64,000 nt of DNA. Origin: Trichoplax sp. H2. Taxonomy: Eukaryota. This document shows positions 17,501-30,985 of this stretch, piece after piece. The stretch is taken from NCBI GenBank assembly GCA_003344405.1, contig NOWV01000145.1, positions 62,001-126,000 on the forward strand. Reading direction: 5' to 3'. Numbering within the stretch: the stretch's first letter is position 1; each line of letters begins with the position of its first letter. Made by a program: the position numbers and the translations under genes. Under the pieces are notes generated by a model. It saw nothing but the letters and a program-made list of their open reading frames with translations, did not search any database and was not told the origin of the DNA.

Positions 17501-20500
17501 ATGAAGTTGGAAACCGAGTTAAATGAGGAAAAAGCAGCAAATAAAGAAGCGAATAACCATGCTAACGAACTGGTAATCTCAATTCTCAATTACCAACTTT
17601 ATTAATACAGCAGTGCTAAACATAAAAAATTTCGAAACTGATAACTGTGATGTAGGAAGATAAATCTGAAGAAAGTAAGCGTCAATATCTAGATAAAATA
17701 GTTAAAGGTGGAATCACTTTTCGTAAAGGGGAATATGCTTATATCATCCCAAGGTTAATGAGACAGATTTTATCTAATAAGATTTACGATAAATATTATT
17801 CTTATTAAAATAAAATTATTGCCCGTGGAATTTTAGAGAGAAAAATTTGAAACCACATATTATGTGTATCGAGGATTTATGGAAATCCCCTAGCAACAGC
17901 CAGGTTATCTTAGAGCAAATTAAGTAACTTTAGATGTTAATTCTACTTCGCACTGTAGTTGAAGTTTTTGTGGTGTAATTTGAAGAGTGCTTGTTATTAT
18001 TTAATGAAAAATTTTTTCTGTTAGTGGATAAGTGGGACTTGGTACTACCGTCCAGCTGAAACTTTTCATAGTATATCAACTAAATTCTACAAAAATGTAT
18101 GCTTGTTAATTATGCTCGTAAATGGGTTCTTGTAGACGATTACGACTGAAGACTGTTAATAATATTAAGCTAATAATCCGTTGAATTTTTGATATAGGAA
18201 GTTTTTAGGAGTGATATTAATCACAGTGTAAAAGCTTCCAGTATAATGGGTAAATGCCATGTTATGTATGTTAAAGACTTCATAAGAAGTAGAGCTAAGG
18301 TAACATAAATTTCGGTTATTCCATAGATTATCGAACAATCATTTTTTGACGATAGTTCAAATTTTCACTATCAATAGCGTATACAGTAAATAATTTTTGG
18401 CTTGAATTTTTGACAGAATTTTCCAGAAGATGATATCTACGTATGTGAATCTCGGTACTACGTCCGTTCGAAGTCATTTAAGAAAATGAAAGTTAGCTAC
18501 AATCTAAAGACATCTTTGTTATTATGGAGATAATATAAGATATGTAAATACCTTTTTCTCTCAAACAAGGTTTGGGATTCATCTCAATTTGAAGCTGAAT
18601 ATGAACTCCGCGATGAAATTCTGCAGTTAGATAGATTTTCTTCCGTTTTCGCCAATGTAAATCAAAGCAACAGCGATACGACAACTGGTTCATCAGATGC
18701 TACTGAAGTATATTAAGACTTTTCTTATTTTTTAGTGTCTTTATTATACATAGGCTGTCAATATCTATCTGAATGATGAGGGTTGTATTTTTACATTATC
18801 AATAGAACGTTCTCTTGCCTAGTATAAAAGAGGAGGGCAAAACGTTTTACGAACAACATAAATCAGAAACTGGAACTTTTAAATTAGGTTAGCTTCGTAT
18901 GAACTACTTCGTTAACGTTCATAATTAAATTTCCTTAATGTTTGAATTAACTTTTACAATATGATATCTAACTCTTATTAATAATTATAATCCGCTGGAT
19001 GCAGGAGATTATGTTTACGTTAGATCTGAGGAATCATGGCCTTATATTGCAAGAATTGATAAGATTTGGAACGATAGCAAGTAAAGAGTTCACTTTTGGC
19101 ATCATTTAATTTTTTAGCAAGCTTGACAATCTTAATTTTTAAAATGCGTATATTGTCTACAGAACCGATCTTACGTATTTTCACGGTCCATGGTTCGTGA
19201 GGCCATTGGAGATTAAGCAATCATCAAATCAAGAGTTTTATTTAAAAGAAGTATTCTTATCGAATATCGAAGATACTAATCCTATCCTAAGTATAATCGG
19301 CAGGTGTTCTGTTTTTTCCGTAAAAGATTACTGTTCCTGTAAGTTTCTATTGATGATATTATTTTATGACCCTATCAAAATATGGTAGGATGAAAAATAA
19401 GTTATCACTAAACTCCTTTTCTTTTAGGCCGTATTGTTGATATCCCTGAGGTAGATGTTTATATATGTGAGTCAAAATATAACGAAAGAGATCATCAGAT
19501 CCGAAAACTGAGAGCATTGAAAGTAATTTGCTTTGATTATTAAAAACGTACATTTTATATATAATAAAACAGAGATAATTAGACTTAGAATTTAAAATTT
19601 AAGAAAACTGATTCCCTGATGATTTATGATTACTCGAAACTATTTTATTTACTAATTGCAATACGTCTATCTTTAATGAGAATAACAAATGTGGCTATCG
19701 TTCTTGCAGATTTGTAAATTATCAAGAATTAATTACTTGTGTACTTCTCTTGTTAGAAACATACTTTATCTAGCGAATGTAATGCAGATGAAATTTATTA
19801 CTTCCCATCGGAAATAGAACCAAGCAAGGTAAGCTTTCTTGGAATTACGAGTGCTACAATATGTCAGTTGCTCGCATAGATGTATAGGATTATTTGATGA
19901 GTTTTATTAGTATATCGATGGTTCCGTCGCATTTTTATAGAACTGCTATACATAAAGATACCTTAGACAATTTAAAATATAGTAAGCATCATTTTTGGCA
20001 TTTACTATTGATGTAGGCACCTTTAAAGAAACTTCATCGATCTGATATACAGCAAAGTGAAGAAACCAACGCAGATTCAGAGGTAGTACATATATGCAGT
20101 AAATCATGTATAAATACGTAGTATTAAAATATCGACTATGTTCTATATGATCACAAGTTTGATTCCTCTCTAGTAAGTGGTCTGTATTCGATGACACGCT
20201 TTATTATATGCATATAGCCTAGTGATGATGATGCGCAAGAAAGAAGTTCATTAGAAGATGGTCCTCATACTCAAACGCCCTCACGGTAATGTACTTACAA
20301 TTTTAAATGTATGTAATCTACCATTATCTTACTACTGATTTTATTTTATGCCCCGCAATGTTTAGAAATTCAACTGCTGTCAATTCTACTCAATCTGAAC
20401 AAATTAATGGTGATACTCCGATCCATCCGAGTAATTCTCCCTATGTTCATACTATCGTTCCTCCTAGTGCGCCTGTATATAGTAATACACCCCAAGGTAA

Positions 20501-21400
20501 TATTTATCTGTTGTTGATATTGACTCAGTTAGTTACCAGCTAAACACGCTGTAATCCGTTATCTTTCACAGCCAATCCAATGCCTGTAGATGTTATGCCG
20601 AAAGCTTTCCATCCTCCTCGAAATATTTTTGCAAATGCAGTTCCTAATCCGGTCTCAAATTCTTGGATTCCTCCTACTTCAACGGTTGTGCCCAACAATC
20701 CGAGAGGCACTTATGTTGTACCGCACGCTGTACCAAGTCTTACACCAAATATCCCACCTAATCCTCCCCAAATGGTACCTGTTCAGCCCCCACAGAATTA
20801 CGTTCCAGGTAACCATCAATTAATTGTGCATCTTAATATATTGCAGCTGTATTGGTTAAATTTGAATCGTCTATCATCTAACGTATGAACTACACCCCGT
20901 ATTTATAACTCATCTAGCACCGCCACCAACAAGTGAACAACAAAATAATCAACCGGTTGGCTTAACGCTATCTTTTAATTTCAATCTGATTCTATCTAGT
21001 TTTGAAATAGTTTTGATTTAATACGCTCATAACTTTACTATTTAGAAATCACAACAGTTAGCTATTCAAGATGTTTTTGTTAGCCCTCCTAAAAGTGCAC
21101 GAAAGTTATTACACTCAAACGCCTACAACAGGTTTCTATATCTACCGTATTATGTCTATCGAATGTATATTTTAAACTGTGTCTGATCTATTTAATTTGT
21201 CCGAAAGATACCTGGATGCTCTAGAAAAAGAACAAAATTTTCCTCCATCTCAACCTAGGAATTCATCATTGCGCTTGAAACCGGAAGAATGGTTAGCTAG
21301 TAGTGCGTTAATAAATAATGGCAATTACATAGAAATTTTACGCTCTCTCAAAGAGAACTTGCTACGCGATGCAGTAAGACTTTCCAGTTTGTATAAATGA
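8563..21400 (+). CDS. PBRM1: Polybromo-1 (BAF180), PBAF chromatin-remodelling subunit
   Basis: First coding exon 8563-8676 (aaaccATGg; MDIQETSSSKRKQ...KQKRRKLTH, a basic NLS-like N-terminus) splices in phase 0 to 12012-12158, followed by many short GT-AG exons to the TGA ending at 21400. Bromodomains lie at about 12070-13560 (EYPDYYVIIKEPIDL...NAHKFNQPGSSIY), 13900-14590, 14900-15640 (NAKTFNEEGSQIY), 15930-16640 (NSCKYNDPESQIY) and 16750-17460. Two BAH domains lie at about 17700-18490 (GTWYYRPAETFH, IYVCESRY) and 18870-19520 (GPWFVRP, VYICESKY). A Pro-rich region precedes the typical C-terminus (FVSPPKSARKLLHSNAYNRYL...LLRDA). Assignment of the first exon is less certain than the rest. Confidence 0.93.
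9390..10930. repeat. Degenerate tandem repeat, period about 200-230 bp, about 7 copies, in PBRM1 intron 1
   Basis: Core cgcttca(a/g)tgaattt...gagcaatgattgcaaatcg recurs near 9397, 9780, 9995, 10220, 10452, 10648 and 10875. The companion motif gtcatttggctagtaataaatgaat occurs in several copies. Confidence 0.75.
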
Positions 21401-22658
21401 ACACAATCTAGGTATAAACTTTGGCAGTATTTTTTCGATCTCAAATAATCGATCTGTCCTTGTGGTAATACGATTTAAATATGTAAAGATTTATGATTAC
21501 TTTCGATAATGTAATCTTTGGCTATTTTCACAACAGTTATGCAAAACAGAATTTTGTATTTGTTTTAAATTTTATTAGTTTATCGACTTTACTTACAATA
21601 AGACGTGTTCGTGCTCTGTTCAAAGTTGTGAATACGTTCTGTTAAGTTACGTGATAATCACTTTTTAACCATAATTAAAGATTATACGTTGGTAATCTAT
21701 TAGTAATTTATTACAGCTGGTGGTCCTCATTCTACTACCTGATCCAATATCGGCCACTGCAATAATAGTTTTCATTTTAAAAATTACGACTGTGATAATT
21801 CTAATTGGGATCACGTTTACAATTGTATATTCAAAATAGTATGTTTAATGAAAACTAGTAAAACACCTTTTAAATATATATTCGATTTCGTGATATCGTT
21901 TTAATAAGAGAGACCTTTAGCACGTTACTGTTAATACTTGTAGTTTTAATCAACTACGTTAGCTTCCGAAATAATTACAGTCTTTGTACTGTAGTAAATG
22001 TTTTGTCTAACTTTTACATACCTTTCAATTATGGTATTCATTATAAAATATTTACCTCGATTAAGTTAGAGGACTGGCAGTACAAAATGTAACTGTTTAC
22101 AACAATATGATATCAAATAAATTTTAAAACAACTATCAATATAATACTGCTCGCATTTTTGAGTGTTATTATCGTCATGAATATTAAAATTTAGAAGCTA
22201 TTATGACTGTATCCTTTTCTATAAATACTCATTGTTTGGCAGGATAGTAAGATTTACTATCGTTCCACGGTGTATGAAAATCTTTCGTTTATTAGCATCT
22301 CCATTCTTAAGATTATAATATTGTACATAAATATTATTACGTAATAAACCATCCATCATTATGACTACAATAACACACAAGATGGGGTAAGCGTATGGCA
22401 ATAGTGTGCATACTATAGGAAAGCTTCATGCAACGATTGAGTTTCTGAGTTATGATTATAAATTGAATTCAATATCTACACTGCCTAATTTAGCAAAAAA
22501 TCGCCAAGGTTTCCTGGATTTCATATCAATTCACAATAACAGTGTGCTGGTGCTGGCCACTGATAAAAAATATAATTACCGTTTGAGAAATGAGAGTTGT
22601 ATTCATATATTTTTGGTTATAAAATCTTGCATATTGATCAGATATTATTGTATAAGGA

Positions 22659-25600
22659 TTAATTTTGAATCATTTTCTTTTTTTTATCATATATATATCG
22701 TTTAAATTTCAACTGGACTAGCACAGATTTAATTTTCGTATCTGCCCCTTCTTTAGCTGTAATCATAAATTTTAATTAAGTTAAGATTCACGTAAAAAAT
22801 GCTGTATAACATAAAAATCTTACATTTGGATTTAGCTTTCTTTAATTCAATAGAATTTAGTAATTCCTGTGTTAGACCATCTATTATAATTATAGAACAA
22901 TTGAAATTAGATATTTTATTTGGCGGCTGAGAGTTTAAGCGAACAAATTTTTTTTACGATAGAATACTAAAATATTGTAGTAATTACCAGGAAATCTCAA
23001 TTTTACTTTTCCACTCTGACCAAATGATCCTTCTATAAATCCAGTTTCACCTGTAGTACAAATCATTCTGTGCGTCAACATTGTTTATAATTTCGTTGTT
23101 AATTGCTATAATATATAACAAGTTCTTACCTGTTGATAAGGTAACTTTTAAATTGGAAAATAATTGTATGTTGGTTTCCTTTTTAAATATTGATTTGGCA
23201 ATTACTGTGTATTCATCCATTACCTAAGCATATGTAAAGGATATCAAATTGGTATACATATTATGATATTGTGTTACAATGTTTGCCAAAGAATGAAGAC
23301 TTTTGAAATGTAAGTTACGATTCTAATATTTAAATATCGCAAGATGGAATTTATCCTCATGTAATGCGACTTACTCGCTCAACAACACCTTCTCTAGTTT
23401 TATTCTTGTAAATCTTCAAGCGAGGCAGCACGGTTTCTTCATAGTCCTTTAATTGGTGTCGTAAAAGTGACAATTATTGTTAGGGTGTTTATTAACTTAA
23501 TTGCTTAGAATAGTAATCAATCACCATTTGCATTTGATAAAATGCAACTAACGGCATTGCCCAAGTAAAATCATTGCATTTTATATTATCCTAAAATCCT
23601 CGCTACCTTCTCGGTAATTCCGTATACGGAATGGCCATGAAATGCTAATCGACAAGTTTTAGCATGTATCTCAAATTAAGGAAAGAAACCTTCAAGAATT
23701 ATTAATCTAGATTCTAAGGGTATAACTATGTTAGCTTAGTTACACATATATTTTCAATGGATATGAATATCAGTATCCAATCTAGAGCCAATGATAATGG
23801 TATTATGGGGATAAGAAACTGCCTTTTCAAATTCAATTAGCGCAAAATAATCTTTTGCTGGAGTATCACTGGAGTCGTTACTTGGTAGATCACTTTCATA
23901 TAGATACTCTCGATCGAAGTCGAAATTTATCCTGTCTGTATAAAGGTAATATTTAAGACTTTAGTACAAGCTACAAGAATAATCCTATATTTCTACTATC
24001 GCCTAAGTGAATAAGTTTATTTAGAATGTCAAGCTGAATGATTTACCTAAAGCAGTTTCAGCACTAGAGGATTTCGGTAATGAAAAAAATGTTGCTCGTC
24101 CTAAAATGGTATGATGACCAGCAGTAACTGAAACAAGATTATAACATTGTAATGGCACATTTGAACTCAATACCGTAAAACTTGTATTTACTTGAAACAG
24201 TATACATTATGGAATGCCATTAAATCGTTTAAAGCGTAGAAAAGGGTCAAGATGAAAAAATTATCTGAGTGATAATGAGTGCATCATACACGTACGTGTC
24301 TTGGAAGTGACAAAGCAATAGGCTTAACTGCGTGTGTATATGCCGTAATAAATCACTATATCGTTGGTTATGAATTATCACTTCCGCAGTAATCGTAGAA
24401 TCTGAGATAGTAAATCCTATAATTTTTTTAAAGTCGTAATCACAATATAAAATATATAAAAATAGAATTTACGTCATTTTCACAATTGCATGTATAGGCA
24501 AAACGCTTCAGTACATAGTATGATTCTATAGTAGGATCTTAATTATTGGTTAAGCAATATAATAAGGATTAAATATTAATACACTAAATACTCTTTGTTC
24601 AACGTGTACAGGATATGTCGGGTATATATATTAATTAATATATTATAATCGTATTTCTTTGTCACTGCTTACTTACCATGTATCTTTGATTTCGATTCAC
24701 AAGAACTTTTAAAATATTTTATCCGTTGCAAAGCCACAACGCAAGCTAACAGGAGAAGATCACTCGTAAGTATAAATTTAAACACAGTTATATTATCCAA
24801 TTTTACAAATATAATCTAAATCTTTTAATTTAAACCAATTTAAATATTTGGTCATCATTTAAGTTTCATAAAACGTGAGATAAATTTCGTAACAGAATCT
24901 AAATAAATAATTAAAAGCCTCACCATTAATTGCTACTATGGATTTTGGTGTACAAAGCAATCCTCTCTCTAGCTGTTTAGGATCAAACTGAGTTACACAT
25001 ATTCCAACTCTATCACCCTAGTTAGGTTAATAAATGCAAATCAATTCTATAATAATTTCATAAGTATGTTTAGAGAAATAGAATAAATTAAACCTGTTTA
25101 GCTTTTGAAACCGCTTTCTTAAAAATTTGCATAGATTTAACTTTCTTTTGGATTTTTAGTTCCGGAATTTCAATAGTCTTAAGTAAAGAAACACGTTGAA
25201 AAGGTGCATAATTCAAAAATTGTGTATAAATAGGTCTAGGATCAACAAAGAAATATCGATTTATATAAAACTTACATCATTTATTCCGATACTTCCAGAC
25301 AGGACAGTTCCGGTCATGACAGTTCCTTGGCCTCGAATCGAGAAGCAATGATCGACAGCAAATATAAAATCTCCATCTTCAGAGCGGGTTGGGATATAAG
25401 TAAGATTCATCAAAAACTATTGAATAAGTTGATAACGTTAGTTGAATAATAAATCAATATTCAATCTAGAAGATACTATCAGTTATATAGCAACGTAAGT
25501 TAATCAAAAATTATAGTAGCTACGCTAACTTACATCAATTAATGTTTGGATGCCTTCACTCTGATTCTGACCAACCTGCAGTATTTGGAAAATGTGGTAT

Positions 25601-28600
25601 CTCTAAATAACATCATGACATACTATTGTAGTCAGTTTTATCAAAGATTTAATTACCTCAGCTCCACCAGGTACTGCAGCGACGCTAACCATAGGGGCCT
25701 CAGCAAATTTGGTATTTTGTAGTGTTTTGCGCAGTCTCTTTGACATCTAGTTCCAACGATATCATTTTAAATTGACATGATTTCTTAAGATATTTTTAAA
25801 GTCAACTATCGCTATGGTGAATTACTTTTACCTTTTCGATTTGTTGCAGCTTACTCTCAGGTTTCAATAAGTCGATTTTATTTAAAACGATTAGCATTTT
25901 ATCGCAAGTAATTTCACCAATAATTAAACACTAGTTTAAAAGAAGAATTATTGTATCAACATACCAAAAGTGTTATAATCTAATTTTGAGAAGAAAGAAA
26001 GGTATCTTTCAGTACATATTTTTAACTAGCAAACCTCCGCTGTCTGTGTCTGGATTCCTTTAGTAATATCTATGACCAAGATCATTAAATCGATAATTTG
26101 GGCTCCTAAGATAAAATTAAAAATTCAGTTTATCTGGAATACACGTAATCTCGAAAGTTTTAAGTTCTAAACCCTATCATTACACCTATGGTGTTATCAT
26201 AAGATCGTGTAGTTTTTGAAATCTCATTGTAGAATAACTACAATAATAAAAATATTCTTATTTAATTAAATTCATCATAAATCCGTCAAAGCGTCTTCTC
26301 CTTCTATTATAATTATTTGCATGTATACCGTAAGTTTAGCTCTTTCATACGCGTATAAATGCACGTTGATAGGGATAAATTTTTCAATAGCAATTGGTAT
26401 TCTAATGTCGTATTACCTAGCTTTTGATCACTTATATAATATTGTACTTCTCTACTTAATCTATCCATCAATGGATTCTAATGCAGTGTATTTTCTAGTC
26501 TGCCTATTCGAGCAGTCAACTAGCTGGGACATATACACAAGATCAGATACATTTATTTACAACTGTAGTCTTTACAAATAATTAGTACCAGTAAAATTGT
26601 GAGCTATTAATGCCATTTAGTGCTAATACATATGTATGCAATTATTTTATTATGTAATACAAGGGTTATCTAAATGTATGTATACAATTAGTTTACTGGT
26701 AAATAACGCGCAGCAATTATCAGACAGCAGTACTATATATAATAAGTTATGTCAACTAATGACCTAGACTTAGCATAAACGAAACAGTAAGATGTATTGT
26801 ATGAATGACAAAACATTACTGAAATCGAAATCTTTAAATTAGCTTACCTCCAATAACAGTTTTAATAAGAGATGCATGTCCTGGGCAGTCGACTAATGTG
26901 AATTGAAGTGTTTCATAACCTTTTCCTGAAATTGAAATGGTAAGCATTAGCTATTATAACATCACGAACACCTTCTCAGTCCATGTGTTCAGACAATGTT
27001 ATTTGAAACGATCGTAAAGCGACTACTTGACTTTATATAGTTATAACCATGCTTTCAAAATTTTACGCTAGTCGTTTATCCAGATCTTACTACTGTCTAT
27101 AGTTATCAATTGTAACCAATAGTTGCAACTGTACTGTATAATGAAAATTGAACTTTACGACCACGTATACCTTCCAAATGTTTAGGAATCGGAACAGCGA
27201 AAGAAGAAAATCCTAGAATAACATAAGTACAAAGAGATGGTCAATTATCGGGTTAGTGTAAGGGCAATTTTCAGCCTGATAAGATTGCTACTTTAAAGCA
27301 ACTATTTCGTAAAACGTCACCATTTAAATGGATAAGAACGAGCTAGTTTTCAGGAAAAGGTATCTTCAAAATTTCAATACTTACCTAAATCTAAGGTAAT
27401 TCCACGCTCTTGACTTTGTGGATTTTTATCGAAAGATGCGGTAGAAGCGGTTGTACTCAGAGCTTTAGCTACCATCAAGATATCAATAAAGTTATAATTA
27501 TTAATAGAACAATGTTATAAGGTAATGAACTAGCATGCTGTTAGATACAGTAAAATTAGTTTAAGAAAAGTGATTTTAATGTATTTAAGGGCAGTATACG
27601 AAATATTTTTATTGGCAGAAGGTGGGCTAACCAATAGCAAGTAGTATATCACTATCAACGCGTAGGAGTAAGTCATGAGAGAGAATTAGGTTAAGACATT
27701 ACTTCGGTAAACGCTACCAAAGTCAATTAGCATGGTATAATATAGTAATACAAACAACTGTATAAGGAAAATAGTCCCAGCGTATTTCTAGATCAATTTA
27801 TGAACAGTTTTGACCAATAATAAGGAGAAAGTTGGGCAAACTAATAGTAGATAGTATGTAGTCAGGTAAGGATTAGTCTTAGACGTTGCATCCGCTATAA
27901 ATATGTTGTCAAATGATCGATGATGTAGCATGAGAAAAGTAGTTTTAACGTATTTTATACTATTCTAGCAGCATTTTTTACGCTACTATAAATAAGAAGA
28001 AGGCTGGGTTTATTAACGAGTACAAGTGGGATATAGCCTATCAATGCTAAGCTTAGTCAATATTGCAATAGCAAGTAGCAAAGTAGCCTAGCAACAAGCA
28101 CTGCAAGCAAGCATTAAAAATTGCCTTTCAACGCTGCAATTGGGTAAGCACAGGCTATACATATACACTAGCATTATTATCCAAGGAAGACGAGGGAAAG
28201 TAGTTCCAATGTATTCTACGCCGTAATACCTTTTACTACTATTATAAATGAGGAGAAAAGTGGACTTAGCCAATATTGCGATAACTAATGGCCAATCAAC
28301 CTCAATGCTTGCTCGTACGGCTAGTATTGCCTAAAAATTGGCTTGAAAATATGATCACTACATAGCCATAAGCTATACATAAGTAGAGAGCAAAACTAAA
28401 TCATAACATAGCCTGAAGAGAAGTCATTCTAATACAATCTAGCCTATTCTATCAGATCATTTCACTCCCGTATATGTGGGGAGAATGATGAGCTAGCCAA
28501 GCAGCATCTCCAATCAATGTCCGACATGTATGTTATGAGATCGTAGCATGGTTTAATTGCAATCTATGGTTACCTAGTGAAGTTTTTCCACTATCCACAT

Positions 28601-28640
28601 GGCCAAGTAATCCCACATTAAAATTCAGAACTTGATTCAT
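22659..28640 (-). CDS. EEFSEC: Selenocysteine-specific elongation factor (eEFSec/SelB)
   Basis: Exons (minus strand): 28640-28574, 27468-27385, 27212-27171, 26925-26848, 26105-26035, 25930-25832, 25746-25657, 25575-25534, 25416-25276, 25177-25094, 25017-24924, 24745-24677, 24127-24047, 23935-23765, 23665-23607, 23446-23375, 23223-23130, 23050-22988, 22880-22824, 22756-22659. Motifs NVGLLGHVDSGKTSL, FDKNPQSQERGITLDLGFS, LVDCPGHASL, LNKID, VDHCFSIRGQGTVMTG, SRLDTDIHAKTCRLAFHG, GSFGQSGK, C-terminal FKRYIYD. Confidence 0.96.
23666..23764 (-). other. U12-type (minor spliceosome) AT-AC intron in EEFSEC, 99 nt
   Basis: On the minus strand the donor is ATATCCAT at 23764, the branch site TTCCTTAAT is at 23683-23675 and the intron ends ...GATAC at 23666. 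Removing it restores the conserved LDTDI-H-AKTCRLAFHG. Confidence 0.92.
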
Positions 28641-29196
28641 ATTTATAGTCGTAAAGCAGTGCTGAAATGCTCGTAATAAGTGAATAATCGATTTGTTTTC
28701 TACTGGATTTGCTGAATTTTCCCTTAGCTCGACGGCAATGAAATCATCCAGCGCTAGCGACCTTGATCGTTATGGATCACTATGACCACGAAAAGAATGA
28801 TATAAATATTGTAGAGTACAGTATGAGTTATTGGGCGACACTTGAGTATGTATATAGTCTATACTAGAAAGGCATCAACAATGCATTTCACGTCCACTAG
28901 GCACTGCTGTATACTATCCGAAACAGTCGTATCGAGGTAAAGGTATAGTATGCCATTATCCCATCATCGGTGGCAAATTATATAGGCCTGCCTTGAAGAG
29001 AATTCTGCACTAGAGTAAAATGATATTTACAGTAAATCGAGTAGAAATTAAGCGAACAGGAGAATGCTTAACGGATAGAGACTTTATTAGCTGTAAGGAA
29101 TGCATTAGATCGTTGCATCTGCAACCATGATATGGAGGGAGGTATGGATAGTTACGAAGAAAGCATGGCGAGGAAAGACCCTCAAGGGCTGATGAT

Positions 29197-30415
29197 ATCA
29201 TTGCATGCCTACCCTTGATCCTAGGCTCCAGTTAGACTACAGTACAGCTAAATGGGTGGAATTACTTATAGCAAAGTACCGATAGCATTGCTTTGCTCTA
29301 ATGAGATCAATGCATGCCTACACTTGATCCTAGGCTCGAGTTAGACTAGCGCTGGATGGGTGGAATCACTTATAGCAAAGTACCGATAGCATTGCCTTGC
29401 TCTAATGAGATCATTGCATGCCTACTCTTGATCCTAGGCTCAAGTTAGACTACAGCTGGATGGGTGGAATCACTTATAGCAAAGTACCGATAGCATTGCT
29501 TTGCTCTAATGAGATCAATGCATGCCTACACTTGATCCTAGGCTCGAGTTAGACTACAGCTGGATGGGTGGAATCACTTATAGCAAAGTACCGATAGCAT
29601 TGCTTTGCTCTAATGAGATCAATGCATGCCTACTCTTGATCCTAGGCTCGAGTTCGACTAGCGCTGGATGGGTGGAATCACTTATAGCAAAGTACCGATA
29701 GCATTGCTTTGCTCTAACGAGATCATTGCATGCCTACTCTTGATCCTAGGCTCGAGTTCGACTAGCACTGGATGGGTGGAATCTTTTATAGTAAAGTACT
29801 GATAGCATTGCTTTGCTCTAATGAGATCAATGCATGACTAGTTGACTACCCTTGATCCTAGGCTCGAGTTAGACTACAGCTGGATGGGTGGAATCACTTA
29901 TAGCAAAGTACTGATAGCATTGCCTTGCTCTAATGAGATCATTGCATGCCTACCCTTGATCCTAGGCTCGAGTCAGACTACAGCTGGATGGGTGGAATCA
30001 CTTATAGTAAAGTACTGATAGCATTGCTTTGCTCTAATGAGATCAATGCATGCCTACACTTGATCCTAGGCTCGAGTCAGACTACAGCTGGATGGGTGGA
30101 ATCACTTATAGCAAAGTACTGATAGCATTGCCTTACTCTAATGAGATCATTGCATACCTACCCTTGATCCTAGGCTCTAGTTAGACTACAGCTGGATGAG
30201 TGGAATCACTTATAGTAAAGTACTGATAGTATTGCCTTGCTTTAATAAGATCAATGCATGCCTACCCTTGATCCTAGGCTCGAGTTCGACTAGAGCTGGA
30301 TGGGTAGAATCACTTATAGCACAGTAATGATAGCATTGCTTTGCTCTAATGAGATCATTGCACGCTTGTAAGTTCTAGGCTCGAGCTCAACTTGAGCTGG
30401 ACCAGGAAATCACTT
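29197..30415. repeat. Homogeneous tandem array, 104-bp unit, about 11.5 copies, between the divergent EEFSEC and vinculin starts
   Basis: ttgatcctaggctc recurs at 29215, 29324, 29428, 29532, 29636, 29740, 29852, 29956, 30060, 30164 and 30268, with a degenerate twelfth copy near 30370. There are no unique spacers. Confidence 0.97.
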
Positions 30416-30985
30416 TGTGACTAAAAAAGAGGAGGTTATAACTTCTAATCCAGGCCTTGTAAGCCTTATCCTTATATTCTTATTGCTTAGAGAGATCGAT
30501 CGAGCTATTATTGACCTCATTGATATCCATTTTATAGCATTTATTTTCTCGATATGGATTATGCCAGTGGCTTCCAAGAAGAAATACTTATTAATTAATC
30601 ATTGTAAGGTAGCTAGCTTAGTAATGCAGTATAGGCAGTAGGTCAAGAAACGATTCTACTAATACGCACCTTCCCACAATCTATAATAAAGCATAGTATG
30701 ACAAGTGGTGTATGCGTCAGTAATCTGCCATAGAAGACTTTGACCTACTAACCCTGCAACTGGCACTGCTGCAATCCATCAAGCTCTGCAAAGGCAAAAC
30801 TACCTATCAGGAAAACGCACTGCTAGCTGACAGCAAAGCTTTGAGGTGGCCTTTGGACCTTTTTCCTGTCTCTCTTGGTAGTTTTGGATTAGCATAAGGT
30901 AGTGCCTGAACCATCTTAATTCTTCAATCATTGATTTTGGACTGTGGAAGAAAGTAAAGCCTAACTTGGTTTAATTCAAGCAAAG

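Noticed and set aside
21401-22658. SECIS element or selenoprotein near EEFSEC
   Set aside because: None of the reconstructed genes needs an in-frame UGA, and I could not support a SECIS hairpin by eye. A SECISearch run would be needed.
29197-30415. 104-bp array as a CRISPR array or a tRNA/5S rRNA cluster
   Set aside because: Units are contiguous near-identical copies with no unique spacers. There are no cas genes, the context is eukaryotic, and I recognise no tRNA or 5S sequence.
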